Positions 45,686 through 57,892 of a DNA stretch of 64,000 nt are shown here, one piece after another. A program made the position numbers and the translations under genes. The DNA comes from Azolla caroliniana (lineage: Eukaryota > Plantae > Polypodiophyta), in assembly GCA_043228905.1 (NCBI GenBank), contig JBHGNT010000027.1:310001-374000 (forward strand). The letters run 5' to 3'. The notes beneath the pieces were generated by a model that was given only the letters and a program-made list of their open reading frames with translations, had not been told where the DNA came from and did no database searches. Each line of letters opens with the position of its first letter. Positions within the stretch are counted from its first letter, which is position 1.

Positions 45686-46088
45686 GACTTGAGACTTATA
45701 GTAATTACATGATTACAAAAGAAAGTGTACTTCAAAGATCACTCCGCTTCGGCCCAGTTGTGTTGTTGAAGGGGCCATCTGTAAACGTGGCTAGGCTGTA
45801 CAGTTAAGTTGCCCCTTGCACTCACCTTACGCCTCGACATCATCCATTCGAAAGCGCGCTCGCTGAACCGCTCGAGGACGAGGGAAAAAGCTGGCTTGCT
45901 TTTCCGCCCGTAGTACCCTCCTATAGAGCTAAGATTGGAGCTGCCTCTTTTTTGTTTGAAAATGTCAGAAAGGCAGAGCAAAAAAAGTTGTTGTTTTCGA
46001 AAGGAATTGACAGAAAATCTTGTAGATAGAATGGCCGCCTTGACTTCCGAGGCTCGATGAAACGGGCTGGCTGCTATGAAACTGCCCA

Positions 46089-46161
46089 ACCTACTTAACT
46101 CAGGGGTTAGAGTATCGCTTTCATACGGCGAAAGTCATTGGTTCGAATCCAGTAGTAGGTA
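46089..46161 (+). tRNA. trnM: tRNA-Met(CAU), plastid-type elongator
   Basis: ACCTACTTAACTCAG...TTCATACGGCG...GTAGGTA, as in plastid trnM. Confidence 0.92.
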
Positions 46162-47062
46162 ACTTGATTTTTCATGCATGGTTTCACTAACCAAGTACCG
46201 AGTTCCGTGTTTTCCAGCTTGCATTCGTCGTGAGCCAGAGCCAGTCCTTTGTCGATGGAAGACTCGCGGATGAAGCGGTTCATTGCTGCTGCTTTCGTTC
46301 CGATACAAATTAGATAGACCGAGCACTATACATGCCGCTATTGCTTCTATGAAATAAAGTAAATGGGGGGAAGGTCGACCCGCTTTCTACCAGGCGTGCG
46401 GAAAGCGATGAAAACCTAACTAAACTAAAGGTCCAATTTTCTGGCTGCCTTATGGTTGAAGCAATGTTCGGTGGCCCGGCGACTAGTGGATGTGGGACGT
46501 GTAACTATCCGATTCTGAAACGAACGCCGATGGTCTCATTGACCCAATTTACCGAGAGAGAATTCCGCTAACCATCGTAAGGTGATTAGGTCTGCTGGTT
46601 TTCATCGGGGCGGTCCTATGAGATGATTAGAGTGTATCTCATCACATTCCAGATCTATCAAATAATCGATTGTAAAAGAGTAATGGATACGGAGAGTTTG
46701 ACTCATTGAGAGTAGGGCGCAGAAAGTCAAGTCTTGCGATACTTCTCAAGCCAGCCCTTCGTGGTGCCTGACGGAATTGTCTAAAGCTGTTCTCGGCTCT
46801 GGTAACAGAGTTCGCTCCGAAGCTGTCTTGGCTTTTTTTTTGGCCCTCACCGCCTCATGAAGACGAATGAATGGGCCGCATAGATATTCTTCTGCTAATC
46901 TTCTCGAAAGCGGCGCAGTAGTAGCATCTAGGTGTGCAAATGGTTGTAGCGGGGGCTAGGTCAGTCAGATCATCCGCAGGTGCGCTTGAATGGAAGTTAT
47001 TGATCTGGAATTCTTTCCTATAGAGACCTGGCCGGCCGGGAAGAACCAGTTGATAACCCACG

Positions 47063-47095
<33 letters not shown>

Positions 47096-47363
47096 ACGGC
47101 CGAAGAAGCGGTTTTCATCGGCATTCTACCTGCCAAAAAGAAAGCAGAGACTTCTGATTCCGCGATTTTGGGCGAAGCGGAAGATGTTGTCAATGAATAA
47201 AGGTACAGCTTGCTCGTTGACATCTCGGAAATATTCTGCCATTGTTGGGGCTAGGTTGAGCCAACTCTCATACGAGCTCTTCAACAGAGCTAGTCCGAAA
47301 AATTGATAAACGTTAAGAACAACCCTCTTTCATGCATGTTGGAACAAAACCCTTCAATTCATC

Positions 47364-48116
47364 ACGGCTTACAGTCTACCGGAATAACCTGCCATTATTC
47401 TATCGATTTCCATCCATATAGGAAATCCGTATCTTTTATTTATCAATTCCTCTCCATCTATGTCACCCACTACCAGTTTAATCCCGCTCCTAGTTCACTT
47501 GGTGACCTCGAATGGAGGACACTTAGTACTGAATGCTTGGTAATCCCTAGTGGAGATGACTTATGATTTCGTGCCCAATCTAGTGAACGAATAAATTAGT
47601 GGCGTTTCGAAATAATAGTCTTCTCTCCCGATCCTCGTTACTTTTACCTTTCCATTATTTCGTAATTTGTAAGGTATGGTACTTTATAGTTTTATGGTAA
47701 TAAGTCATTCTATTATTATTTTGGGTTCTCTATTCTCTCTTTCTCTTGGAACTATCGTAGTGGGGTCTTAAACACATGGGCCTCATCCTTTCAGTCTCTT
47801 ATTACTGCCGGGTGTACCTCCACCGTTAGCGCCTTTCCCAGTATTTTCGGAGTTAATCCTCTATCGTTTTCGTGCACTAAGCTTAGGAATATGTTTATTT
47901 GCTAATATGATGGCTGGTTATAGTTCAGTCAAGATTTCGAGTGGCTTTGCTCGGACCATGCTATCCATGAGGGGTATCTTGCTATTAGCACATCTCGCTC
48001 TTCTTTCGATCGTATTTGCATCAACTGGTTTAGAATCAGGTGTAGTTATTTTATAAGCTTATGTCCCTATAATCCCGATTCGTATTCATTTGAATGATGC
48101 AATAAACCTTCATTGA
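47364..48116 (+). CDS. atp6: ATP synthase subunit 6 (ACG start)
   Basis: (M)AYS..E(Q).AII...IHIGN...NAW(Q)SLVEM...ALSLGI.LFANMMAG...LNDAINLH*, 250 aa. Confidence 0.94.
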
Positions 48117-48117
48117 C

Positions 48118-48693
48118 ATGGAAAGAGAAACGGTTTGGTTTCGTCACCAAACCGTTCTTTTCTATATTGCAAACAAATCTGCCACGCTTAGCTTATTGGT
48201 TCGTTGCAACGCCGTCTGCCGTTACGTATCGCACCTTACATTACATGGTGGTTTCTTTTTTGGTAAATAATTTTAGTAAGTTTCATCATCATACCTTTTT
48301 GATTTGAGGCGGTCACTTTACCTACATTGGTAAATGATTTTTGTCCTTATACTCTAACCTGTACAATTATTGTATTGAAAGGTGGTATCTCACATTCTCT
48401 TAAATGCTAAGCAAAGAATAGGTTTGTAATCAAGGGAAATATGACAGATAGTCGTGGGAAATGAAGTAATAACAGAGGAATCGAGTGTTTCATAATTAAT
48501 GAGAAAAATCATGTGTCACATCACATAAAAAATGGATTGTCTTTCTAACGGAATACCTCTGGAATACCTTACCTGAAGGGAAATAACGGTACTAGGAAAA
48601 GAGAGAGAGATCCTTGCCTGGGCTGCTGGGAGAGTTTCCCACCTATTTATTCTATTTACGCCCTATAATAAATAAGGGCATTCCGGAGATCGA
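48118..48693 (+). CDS. candidate hyper-divergent ribosomal protein L6 (ends uncertain)
   Basis: L.NGI.LEY.T(R)REITVLGKEREILAWAAGRV......TPYNK(Q)G aligns by eye to the L6 C-terminus [23 protein letters not shown]...RRPEPYKGKG. ATG lies 1 nt after the atp6 stop. Confidence 0.45.
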
Positions 48694-49261
48694 GGCACCT
48701 TGTTGTTGTTGAAGTCCTTTGACAACAATTCTATCCACGCACTGCCTATTTGTACGCCGAATAGCTAAAAACCAACAGGCTCAAGCTGCTTTCTGCCCAA
48801 CCTCTTCTTCTTCTTCTTCTTCTTCTTCCTTAAACTAAATTTAGAGATTTAAGGCGTTACGAATCAAAAAGTCAGAAAAAGATTCCGACGGCCGTAACAG
48901 CTCGCAACTACCTGGCCACCAGCTTCTAGGTTCAAAAAGTAGCGACATGAGCCCCCTAGCGTCTTTCGACGAGCTAACCAGATTTTCCTGAAGAAAAGCT
49001 AGTGAACCAAGTCCTCCTTAGGCATTAGGCCCCGAAGTCTGGAACAGCCGAGGACTGGAACCAGTAACCATCGGTATCTGGCGTATATCAAGTACTACCC
49101 TTTCCAGTGCCCTAATGATGTCTGAAAAGACAGAATAAACAGCCTTAAACTTTCAAATACTAGGTCCAAGGCCTCCATCCTGCCAAGACGACAGATTGCA
49201 CAAGAAAGGGCCGAATGATTCAATATCCGACTCTTCTTTTAATATCTCAGCACGTGACGAT

Positions 49262-49702
49262 ATGTCCAGGACGCAAGTTAGCGTGAACTTTCGGCGTGGG
49301 TATTGTACTTATGCCCAACAACCAACAAAATTGAAGATCAAATAAACTACAGCAATTAATAGCAAACATATCTAGGTTGCTTGGACTGGTTCTCGAAAGA
49401 AAATAATAGGTGACCGGAGTATAGTGAACTCCGGCCGGCCTGAAGGATCCCTAAGTGGTAGATAAGACCACGAAAATATTTTAATAGTGATTTCTAATTT
49501 ATGTCAACGCATAGTTTTCTCCTCTCCTCTCCTCTCCTCTCCTCTCCTCTCCAGCGGCTCTGTCGTCGCTACATGTAATTTGAAAGCAGCACTGTTTCAT
49601 CTTAAGATTTATGGCTTGTTTAAAGTAATCGAAATTACCGTACACTTTATCGATTACAAACCCACACAAAGATGTCACTACGACATTGTAGTGATCTACT
49701 AG
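49262..49702 (+). CDS. unassigned frame, weakly rps11-like
   Basis: ATG-to-TAG frame of 146 aa with three editable stops. Loose similarity to S11 and the expected position after rpl6-rps13. Confidence 0.22.
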
Positions 49703-51040
49703 GACTTTCCTTCGTGCGTGAAAATTACTAGCTTTCTTCGCTCCTACAATGGGGGGACAACCTCTCTTTCCACTTCTTCAAGAAAAAGGAGTGCTCAACA
49801 GGAAGGAATAGGATCCCCTTCTTTTCTTTTCTTTTCTTTTCTTGCGGCACCCAATGATACGCGTTATATATCTCTTCTTTAGGGGCCTTGAAGCCCAGCT
49901 GCTTTTCAAGATACTCCCTTGGCTCTGCTGCTGTTTCGATGTACCCGCATAATACTATACTGCATCTTAATGTCATCTACCACCTTGATGGTCTTTAGTA
50001 GCGCTAGGGTTCTATTGTCGTACAGTGAGAATATAGCTCCGCTATAAGGTTCTTGAACAGGAACTCAGGATGAACCAGCGGATGACCCAATGACTCAAAC
50101 AGGGTCTTCTTATACATATCTGATAGAGCTTTTGATACTGCGTGGTCTGAGAATCACTGTATACAGCGGCTTTTTCAGGAAAGCAAGCCTCTTCGCAGCA
50201 AGCATGGAAAACCACCTTATCACTCAGCAATGTGCATTGGTTGCTATCCGAGCAATTAGGGTTGGGTTTGACCAACTCTCTCTTGGAAAGCGAGAATTCT
50301 CGCCTCGTCACACTACACTATCAAGTCAAAGTTCCCAGACATGACCTTCCGGAGAAACTGGTAAATAGAATACGCGGTACGCCTGCGGCTCTCGGCGCCT
50401 CGACTGGATCCAGACCCCGCATTGGAACTTTCCTACGTAGGGAAATAACTATTTAGTTTGGGAGAGTGGTTCCCGGAATAATGATCTCTAAGAGCAAAAG
50501 TTGAGGGTTCGAATCCCATTTTCTCTTCTCTGAATTACGAGAGTGATACGAGTTGCTGTCTGCTGCTCTTGCCAACCCATTTCGTGAAATTCCCCTCTAG
50601 CTCAAGAAACGAGGTCATAGCCGAGCGGCAGGCCCGCCCTGCGTACTTCTCAACTCCTGAATAAGGAGCTCGAATCTACTGATCCGAGCATTCGCTCGTA
50701 TTCTGAAAGATGTGTCGTACTAGAGGTGCCAATCAAGCAAGCGCAATCAACAACCCGTCTCCTTGGGGTTCTTGCAGAGAACAGGGTAAGGCGGCCAGAG
50801 GAGCGGAATGAAGTTTCAAGATGATGAGGTAGCCGGCTCTCGAGAAAGCGACTTCTCTCTAGCGCCGATACGATCGAAGTGGTAAACCAAAAGTGAACCT
50901 GCCAACGACACACCTTTATGTATGACATAGTTTCGACAGGACGGGATGTCTTAGATAAAGCCTAAACTCTGTAAAAAGAAGAAAGGGGGGCACGCACGCA
51001 CGCACGCACGCACGCACGTATAAACAATAGCTCCTCCCGC

Positions 51041-51085
<45 letters not shown>

Positions 51086-51125
51086 TGTTTGCCCATATGA
51101 TACGTGTTGCATATGGAACGAGGAT

Positions 51126-51198
51126 GGGGGCGTAGTTCAATCGGTAGAACGCATGTTTTGCAAGTATGAAGTTATCGGTTCAAGTCCGATCGTCTCCA
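51126..51198 (+). tRNA. trnA: tRNA-Ala(UGC)
   Basis: GGGGGCGTAGTTCAATCGGTAGAAC...CATGT-TTTGCAA-GTATG...TTCAAGTCC. Confidence 0.9.
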
Positions 51199-51755
51199 TT
51201 CGTATACAGATTGGCACATTAGATAGAAATCCAGCAGATCCCCCGCCCGGTTCCCCGGGCGACATACGTGCGGACAAAGAGCTGCCTGCCCTCACGGGCA
51301 AGCTAACCCGCCGGTTCATCCGGATGAAAACCAACCGGTTCATCCGGATGAAAACCAACCGGTTCATCAAACCCGCCAACCCCTTTTTCATCATGAAGGC
51401 CTTCATGATGATGAAAACCGCACGCAGATTATGGCCGGAATTGCCAGGGCAGGCTTGTTGCCTGCGCGCACGCACCCCTTCATGCGGAATTCATTGAAAC
51501 CAGACACACACGGCACGAAGGCGAGAATTTTGATATCAGGACCAGCGAGCGTGCACTACCTCCCGACCTAACTTTTCTTTTCACTCCCGCCGGATGATGA
51601 AAACCGCTTCTTACCGCCCGCTTCTTTTCTTCGGGCACGAGTCCAGAAATGCATGCTGGTGGCGCCCGCCCTTTTGCTTGCCTGCATGAAGGCCAAGAAA
51701 CTGCCATGAATATCGAGAACAGACAAGGAAGAGCAACAGAATATAAGTACGATTT

Positions 51756-52319
51756 ACGCGCGAATTGATTTTATTTGCTATTTCAATTTCTAGCGTTTTG
51801 AGTTTGGAATGAATAATAATATATAATGAGGAAATATTAGTAGCTGTTCGTCTAGTGGGTTTTGTTTCCCTTAGTCAAAACACTCTAAGTGACATTTTCA
51901 GAGCGACTTTTAGGGCAAAAAGCGAAGCTATTTAAACAGATTTATAGCATTTTCCCAGTTCCTAGGAAGCTCTGTGGTCTGAGCCCGAGGAATGGCATGA
52001 ATTACTATTACTCAGTCTGCGTTTAAGTACGTAAATGATTGCGGAATCCTTTTTCAATGGGATAGTGGAGCGTCGCGCATTGTCGTACGAATAAACAGTA
52101 TAAGCCTCGCTGTGTTAAGAAATGGAACTTTAGTTGAAAGCACCGTTAGCCATTTGAGAGCATTCTCGCCTCTGAGAATAAGACGAGATAGTGAGTCGTT
52201 CCCGCTCTCCAGTCAGTGACGAATTTGGCGGCTTTTCCAGCAGCAGTGGAACGAAACATCAGTCCACACTGATCTAACCGAGCATGGTTTTCTTAGAAGG
52301 AGGGAAAGGGGGATTCCAG
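51756..52319 (+). CDS. atp4: ATP synthase subunit 4 (orf25; ACG start; stop probably CAG to UAG, genomic stop at 52583)
   Basis: (M)RELILFAI.I.SVLS...IIIYNEEILVA...VGFV..SQ...AKSEA...DEFG...H(Q)S.L...SMVFL. Confidence 0.88.
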
Positions 52320-52719
52320 GAGTTAGCTGACACTTCCAAAGGAGGGGAGGAAAGCCGTAGGGAAAACTGCAGCGAAAAGAGCTCGGGTCCGCCCTATGCA
52401 TGTAATAATGCTGCCCATGACTGGAGTAGCGAAATTATTGTCAAAAAGAGCAAGCAGAGCTCTTCTTTTCTTTTCTTTCCGCGCTGGCTGAGATGGATGA
52501 TAATCCTTTGGCCCTGCCTTTCCTTTCACGGTTGTCTTGCCGCTGGGTGTCCTGGCAGAACCTTGCCATTCCACTCGTGGTAGGTGGTGAAATCTCTGTC
52601 TAAATCATCGAAGAAAAGTCGAGTCGATTTTTTCGTGCGTGCTGCATCGGTAAAAAACCCCCTAGGAATATGTCGTCTATTTGCCTGCCAACAAAACGAT
52701 TACACTTCAGTCATACCTT

Positions 52720-52838
52720 TCAGTTCAGTGTTGCTCGAACTATGCTATCCATGATGGGTAGCACATCCTGCTCTTCTGTATCCACATCAATCGGTCCAGA
52801 ACCAGGTGTAGCTATTTGAAAAGTTTATGTCCTTAATC
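52720..52838 (+). pseudogene. degenerate duplicate of the atp6 3' region
   Basis: TTGCTCGAACTATGCTATCCATGA...AGAACCAGGTGTAGCTATTT resembles 47930-48070, with deletions. Confidence 0.65.
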
Positions 52839-52930
52839 TTTCAAGGAGAAAAATATGGCTGCTTTGCCCTCAACAGATCCATCGACTCCATTACTTGAGA
52901 GGGCTAACAGCCAGCCAGCCAGCCAGCAGT

Positions 52931-53004
52931 GGGCTTATAGTTTAATTGGTTGAAACGTACCGCTCATAACGGTAATATTGTAGGTTCGAGCCCTACTAAG
53001 CCTA
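52931..53004 (+). tRNA. trnI: tRNA-Ile(CAU), lysidine type
   Basis: GGGCTTATAGTTTAATTGGTTGAAACGTACCG-CTCATAA-CGGTA, native mitochondrial trnI. Confidence 0.9.
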
Positions 53005-53107
53005 TTTACTTGCCATACCTAACTCGCCAGTCTTTCACTACTTTGCTGCGCCCAGCAAGCAAATTCCGTTCTCTGAGCTTTGCTTCTCTTCCTTGGTTAC
53101 CACTGTA

Positions 53108-53179
53108 TGGAGTATAGCCAAGCGGTAAGGCATCGGTTTTTGATACCGACACGCAAAGGTTCGAATCCTTTTACTCCAG
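53108..53179 (+). tRNA. trnQ: tRNA-Gln(UUG)
   Basis: TGGAGTATAGCCAAGCGGTAAGGCATCGGT-TTTTGAT-ACCGA. Confidence 0.95.
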
Positions 53180-53933
53180 GATCCTAAGGCGGCATTCAAA
53201 GCATTGCTCATTCATAGCCTTCTTGTCTGAGTCATTCTTCTCACTCGGCTTGGAAGGCATCGCCGCCTTTCATCGGCAACGCCGCATGCCTCGCTCTTCT
53301 TTCTTGGAGAAACGTTGCCTTTACGGAACGGATACTTCTTGCATGCATTAAGCCATGCGAAGAAGGAATGAGTGCAACCAAGTGCTACCATGTGCAAGGA
53401 CTAGGCGAAGCGATGGACCCCGCACAGACAGTTAAACAAACGCCTTCAGCGATGAACCGCAGGCAGTGAGATACCAAAGATATGATCTATTGAGCAAGAT
53501 CCAAGATCGACTGAGCCTGGAGTGATGGGATCTGAAAAACCAACCTATAGAGATAGGCCCAAGGTCTGACTTGGCTAGCTGTTCTGAAAGAAATAGGTGC
53601 GGAAAATCTAATTTGGTAATGTTTCAATGGAAATCCAACTAGATAGTGGCGAAGCTACGTCATTTTACTCTGATGCGTATCCTAACATACATACATACAT
53701 AATAGTACCATGTACGGCATCGGTACTGATACCGATGGTTCTTTTGAATTATATGCCGCCTGTTCTACTCCAACATCCTCGAGATCTGGAAAGCAGAGTA
53801 TTATGGATGAGGAAGAACCCTGGCAATAGACATGTATGGACTTGGAGAGAGGCCTATTCTAGGTCGTCTCGACTATTCCGGTGATAAAACAAGGTAAAGA
53901 GACCCGCAACCTCTTCGTACCAAGCCAGGTAAT

Positions 53934-54006
53934 CAGGAGAAAAGGGATTCGAACCCTTAACCTTTGGTTTTGGAGACCATTGTTCTACCATTGGAACTAT
54001 TCTCCT
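53934..54006 (-). tRNA. trnW: tRNA-Trp(CCA)
   Basis: AGGAGAATAGTTCCAATGGTAGAACAATGGT-CTCCAAA-ACCAA...TTCGAATCC. Confidence 0.93.
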
Positions 54007-54080
54007 GAAATTAAATAATTACTTACGAGCCGGCCGGTTACTTTGCCTTTATTCCTTGGCGTTGAACCGTGCGGCTTCAT

Positions 54081-54112
<32 letters not shown>

Positions 54113-54760
54113 AAGGCGGTTCATGCGGAAGAAGCGGTTCATCGTGCTTGCTTCATGTGGATTTCTAGGCCTTCATGCGGTGATATACAACGGCAGCAAG
54201 CAAGCAAGCAAGCAAGCAAGCATGAAGGCCGATATCGTCGTTCTTTGGCTTGTGCCTGCCTTTTGGCCGGCTTCATCCGGCCGGGCCGGGCCGGGCCGGG
54301 CCGGGCCGCCGCCCCTATTTATTTGATGAATCCCGTCCCGCAGTTTATGCTAAGACAGTGTGCGAGGGGCGCATATAGTCAGCTGCTCACAACCAACCTA
54401 CTTTCGTCTTGAAATGCCTTCTTAAGGCACTTTCCTCTCACTAGGTGAAAAGAAAGGAGTTTGCAGAAACGAATTGGAAAGGACCTCAAAGAAAGCAGCA
54501 AACCAATGGTACGCTAATTTACTTGGTCCTATCGATTTCTCACGTTAATAATAACCAAACGTGAAGTGGCCCGGTTAAGGTAGGGTTGTAGCGCCTGAAA
54601 TTGCCTACCTCTATGTATGAAGAAGATAATGAACCAAATGTCATCTAGCAGCGCCATACCACTTAAATGAGATTAAGGTTTGGCTCCGACACTCCAACAT
54701 GCCGACCGAGAATTCCCGGAGAACAACACCGTTCTATGAAACATTCAAGGAAGGTTTGTG

Positions 54761-54834
54761 TGCACCGAAGGGGACTTGAACCTCTAACCACCTGGTTCGA
54801 AGCCAGGTACTCTATCCGATTGAGCTATCGGTGC
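54761..54834 (-). tRNA. trnR: tRNA-Arg(UCG), chlamydial-like
   Basis: GCACCGATAGCTCAATCGGATAGAGTACCTGG-CTTCGAA-CCAGG... Confidence 0.93.
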
Positions 54835-55172
54835 TGCCTGCTGCTTTCAGAACACGCTTTCCCTGTCTATCTTTGGTAGGCGATTTGCTGGTTTCTGGAG
54901 CACCGCTTGTTTAGCAGGTGGATCCAGAGTGCCAAAGAAAAGAAGAGCGGTTTTCCGCTTCTTCCGCCGGCCGCAGGTCAGCCTCTGAGGGCGCATCCCG
55001 GGCTTGTCCACGTCAACGCTATAGGTGACTTGTTCAGGAGGCAGCTTTTCTTTTCGGGCTGGTCCTCGTGGATGGTTCTCTAACCTTCCACACACTGTTA
55101 AGGAATGACCTAGTCATGTAATAGGGTCTCTTAAAGGAAATTATGCGGGTAGGTACTTGCAGCTCATAGAGG

Positions 55173-55207
<35 letters not shown>

Positions 55208-55805
55208 CGGGTGTTGAGACTTCGCCAGCCCAGCCCAGCCCAGCCCAGCCCAGCCAACATGGGTGCTGCTTTCGCGCTCCTATGCAGCAGCAGAAAGCCA
55301 TTCTGTTAATGAAAGCGGCGAGTCATGCCACGATGAACCGCTTCATCGAAAAGCGTTAGTGAAAAGTACAGCGCGCAGCCGGAATATTATTATTATTCGT
55401 TACTCATTTCATGACTGAAGCGCCAGCCAAAAAAACAAAACAAACAAAAAACTAGCACCTTTGAAAACAAAAGTGGTAGGGCCAGGAAGCCACCTGGCAA
55501 TAGGAAAGTGCACGAATCGAGATCCGGCCTCTCCTCATTACGAAGAACCGGCAGATTCAGGTAGCTTGCCGGCCAAGTGAAGTGGTAGCTTGCCTAAGGC
55601 AGGTTCCTGTTCTTACAAGGGGTCTTCCGGGCTTCTGACAATGAATTTTCGAGGATTCTAGGGATAACATTGTTGAGCGAACACTGGACGTTGACATTTA
55701 TAGGAAGGTACTACTTTGGGCGATCTTCAACAAAGTTGTGCTAATAGGCCTTCAAGCAAGTAGGAACCTGTATGTCGATAAGGTTTGTGCCTTGTTTAGG
55801 GATAG

Positions 55806-56791
55806 GTATCCGCTCTTGAAAATCACCGGCCCGCCCCTTCCACCCATCATAGTGCCCCCTCGTCCGTTACTTTACCTCAGTGCTCTCCTGCCCGCGTAAC
55901 ATTATGAAAGGGTTGAGAACAGCAACGGCGACGGTATAGCAAGAGAAAGCTAGAGAGAAAGGGCTATGGGAATGTGAAGGACTCCCTTCGTTGAAAAAGA
56001 AAGTGTCGATTGTCTATTCTTTAGGCACTCGCGGGAGACTAATCTCTCCTAGAGAACACGTGTGGGAAGTATTCGTTTCTAATAATCCCAAAGTCTTTAA
56101 GGTTTTGACCATTTTGTGTAACCATTAGGATGCTCCGAAAACACTGGAGTACAGGAAGGAAACACTGGTGTCAAAGCATTCTTTGGGAACCACATCCTGT
56201 TCTTCCTAGATGGATGATTTGCCCCGTTTGATGCCGTCGTGTGAAAGTTGTTTTCATGATTTAGGAATTCAACTGATTTTAGGTAATCCATCTTTATGTG
56301 GCACGACATGAAAGGTGCTATGAAAAACACGTAACCGACCGAATTACGTGAAATGGATAAATCAATCTGGTTAGGGCATTCTTTAGAACTTACTTCAGGA
56401 AGAATCATCCAGGGCTGCGGTTGCGGTTTCTTCTTTCTTGTATTCATAACTTTTTTCTATTGCTTTTTCGGCGAAAAGGCAAGCAAGTTTTACCTGACTT
56501 AACTGAAAAGCCTAGAAGTGTTTGTAATGCACAGCATCCTTAGCTCAGTCGGATAGAGCAACAACCTTCTAAGTTGAAGGTCACAGGTTCAAGTCCTGTA
56601 GGATGCGGAAAGTGCACATTAGATTATATACCTACGGAATGCTTTGCCCTTGTTCAGGGCGGGCTAGCGGGTTCTTCCTTTCAACCGAACCTGCATCATG
56701 CTTCGGTCACTTTTCGCTATATTGGTATATGGGATTACTTGCCCCTTTTCACTTCTTTTTAAACAGCCATGATTATAAAGAACCAATCTCA
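55806..56791. repeat. 986-bp inverted repeat, partner at 32468-33453
   Basis: Reverse-complement match. Confidence 0.95.
56534..56607 (+). tRNA. trnR: tRNA-Arg(UCU), copy 2
   Basis: Identical to 32652-32725. Confidence 0.93.
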
Positions 56792-56827
56792 CTACGATTT
56801 TTATGAAACGAAGAAAGACTTTTTCTT

Positions 56828-57130
56828 ACGGATCTGGTCAAATATTTGACATTTTCCATGATTTCCTCTCTTTCAGGTATTCAGGGAATTCTCTCAAATA
56901 GAAGGAATATTACTATTATGCCGACGCTAATTGAGTTAATGTTATTGGCTGTCAATTTGAACTCTCCGGTATTTTCTGTCTATTCGGATGATATGATGGG
57001 TTAATCACTCACTTTACTAGTGTTAACGGTGGCAGTTGCGGAATTCGCAATTGGGCTGGCCATTCCGGTGGTAACTTCTCGAATTCGCGGGACCATTGCC
57101 GTGGAATTTCCTAATCGCATGAAAGGTCGA
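56828..57130 (+). CDS. nad4L: NADH dehydrogenase subunit 4L (ACG start and CGA stop by editing)
   Basis: (M)[11 protein letters not shown]...NRRNI.IM...[11 protein letters not shown]...DDMMG(Q)...[10 protein letters not shown], 303 nt. Confidence 0.95.
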
Positions 57131-57192
57131 GCACCATTAAACTCATTGCACTTCGTTTTTCCTTCTTGAATACGAAGTATACTTTGGCATTA

Positions 57193-57272
57193 AGGGAGGA
57201 GATACGATTCGAATCTCTCTTTTGAAAGCGGATTTACTGAAATCAAACGCTTTTTTCATTCGGCCACTTCCC
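57193..57272 (-). pseudogene. degenerate tRNA (trnY-like)
   Basis: GGGAAGTGGCCGA...GTAAATC...TTCGAATC...CTCCC, with disrupted stems. Confidence 0.3.
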
Positions 57273-57851
57273 GCTTCGACTTTCCGAGCCAAGATTAGGG
57301 TTTATTTTGATATATGAACCCGGGCATATACGGGCTTTATGAGGTTTTTTCATAAAACGAAATACTCCCGATAGAAAAGTAGGGTCCCATTCACCTTATT
57401 CGCTTGCACCACCGGCTTGCTAGAGGCTCTACCGTTTCCGAAGTAATAACTTTTAATATATTAAGAAGAACAAAATAGAATCACCATGGCTAATACTTAC
57501 TCTTTTACAGTCTGTCAGACTTTAAACGGCTTCTTTTCTTTTCTTTTCTTTTCTTTCGGGCCTCGCCCAAGAAAGAAAGCCGGATCAAGCCAGTTATAGG
57601 CTATAAACGTAACAATTGTTATTTGGATTTTCTTATTTACACGCCTGAAGTATCAGGCAACTGTTTGAGGTCCCACGCAGCAGCAGCACGGTCTCGCTGA
57701 TTTGTTTAGTCGAACGAAAAGGTGTCGCAAAAGAGTTTGATGAGGTCCAATGGCCTCGTATATTTTGCTTATTCAACACTCACTGGAAGATCCTGCTACG
57801 CTACCGAGGCTGTGGGCATTGCTAATTCTTTGCCTCTTTGGAGTTCCCCTT

Positions 57852-57892
<41 letters not shown>

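Noticed and set aside
48118-49500. rpl2 or sdh3 assignment for the region after atp6
   Set aside because: Diagnostic motifs (RGVAMNPVDHPHGG, RPLSPHL) are absent, and the L6 match is better.
50440-50527. tRNA-like T-loop fragments (also about 10478-10497 and 35288-35340)
   Set aside because: No complete cloverleaf or assignable anticodon.
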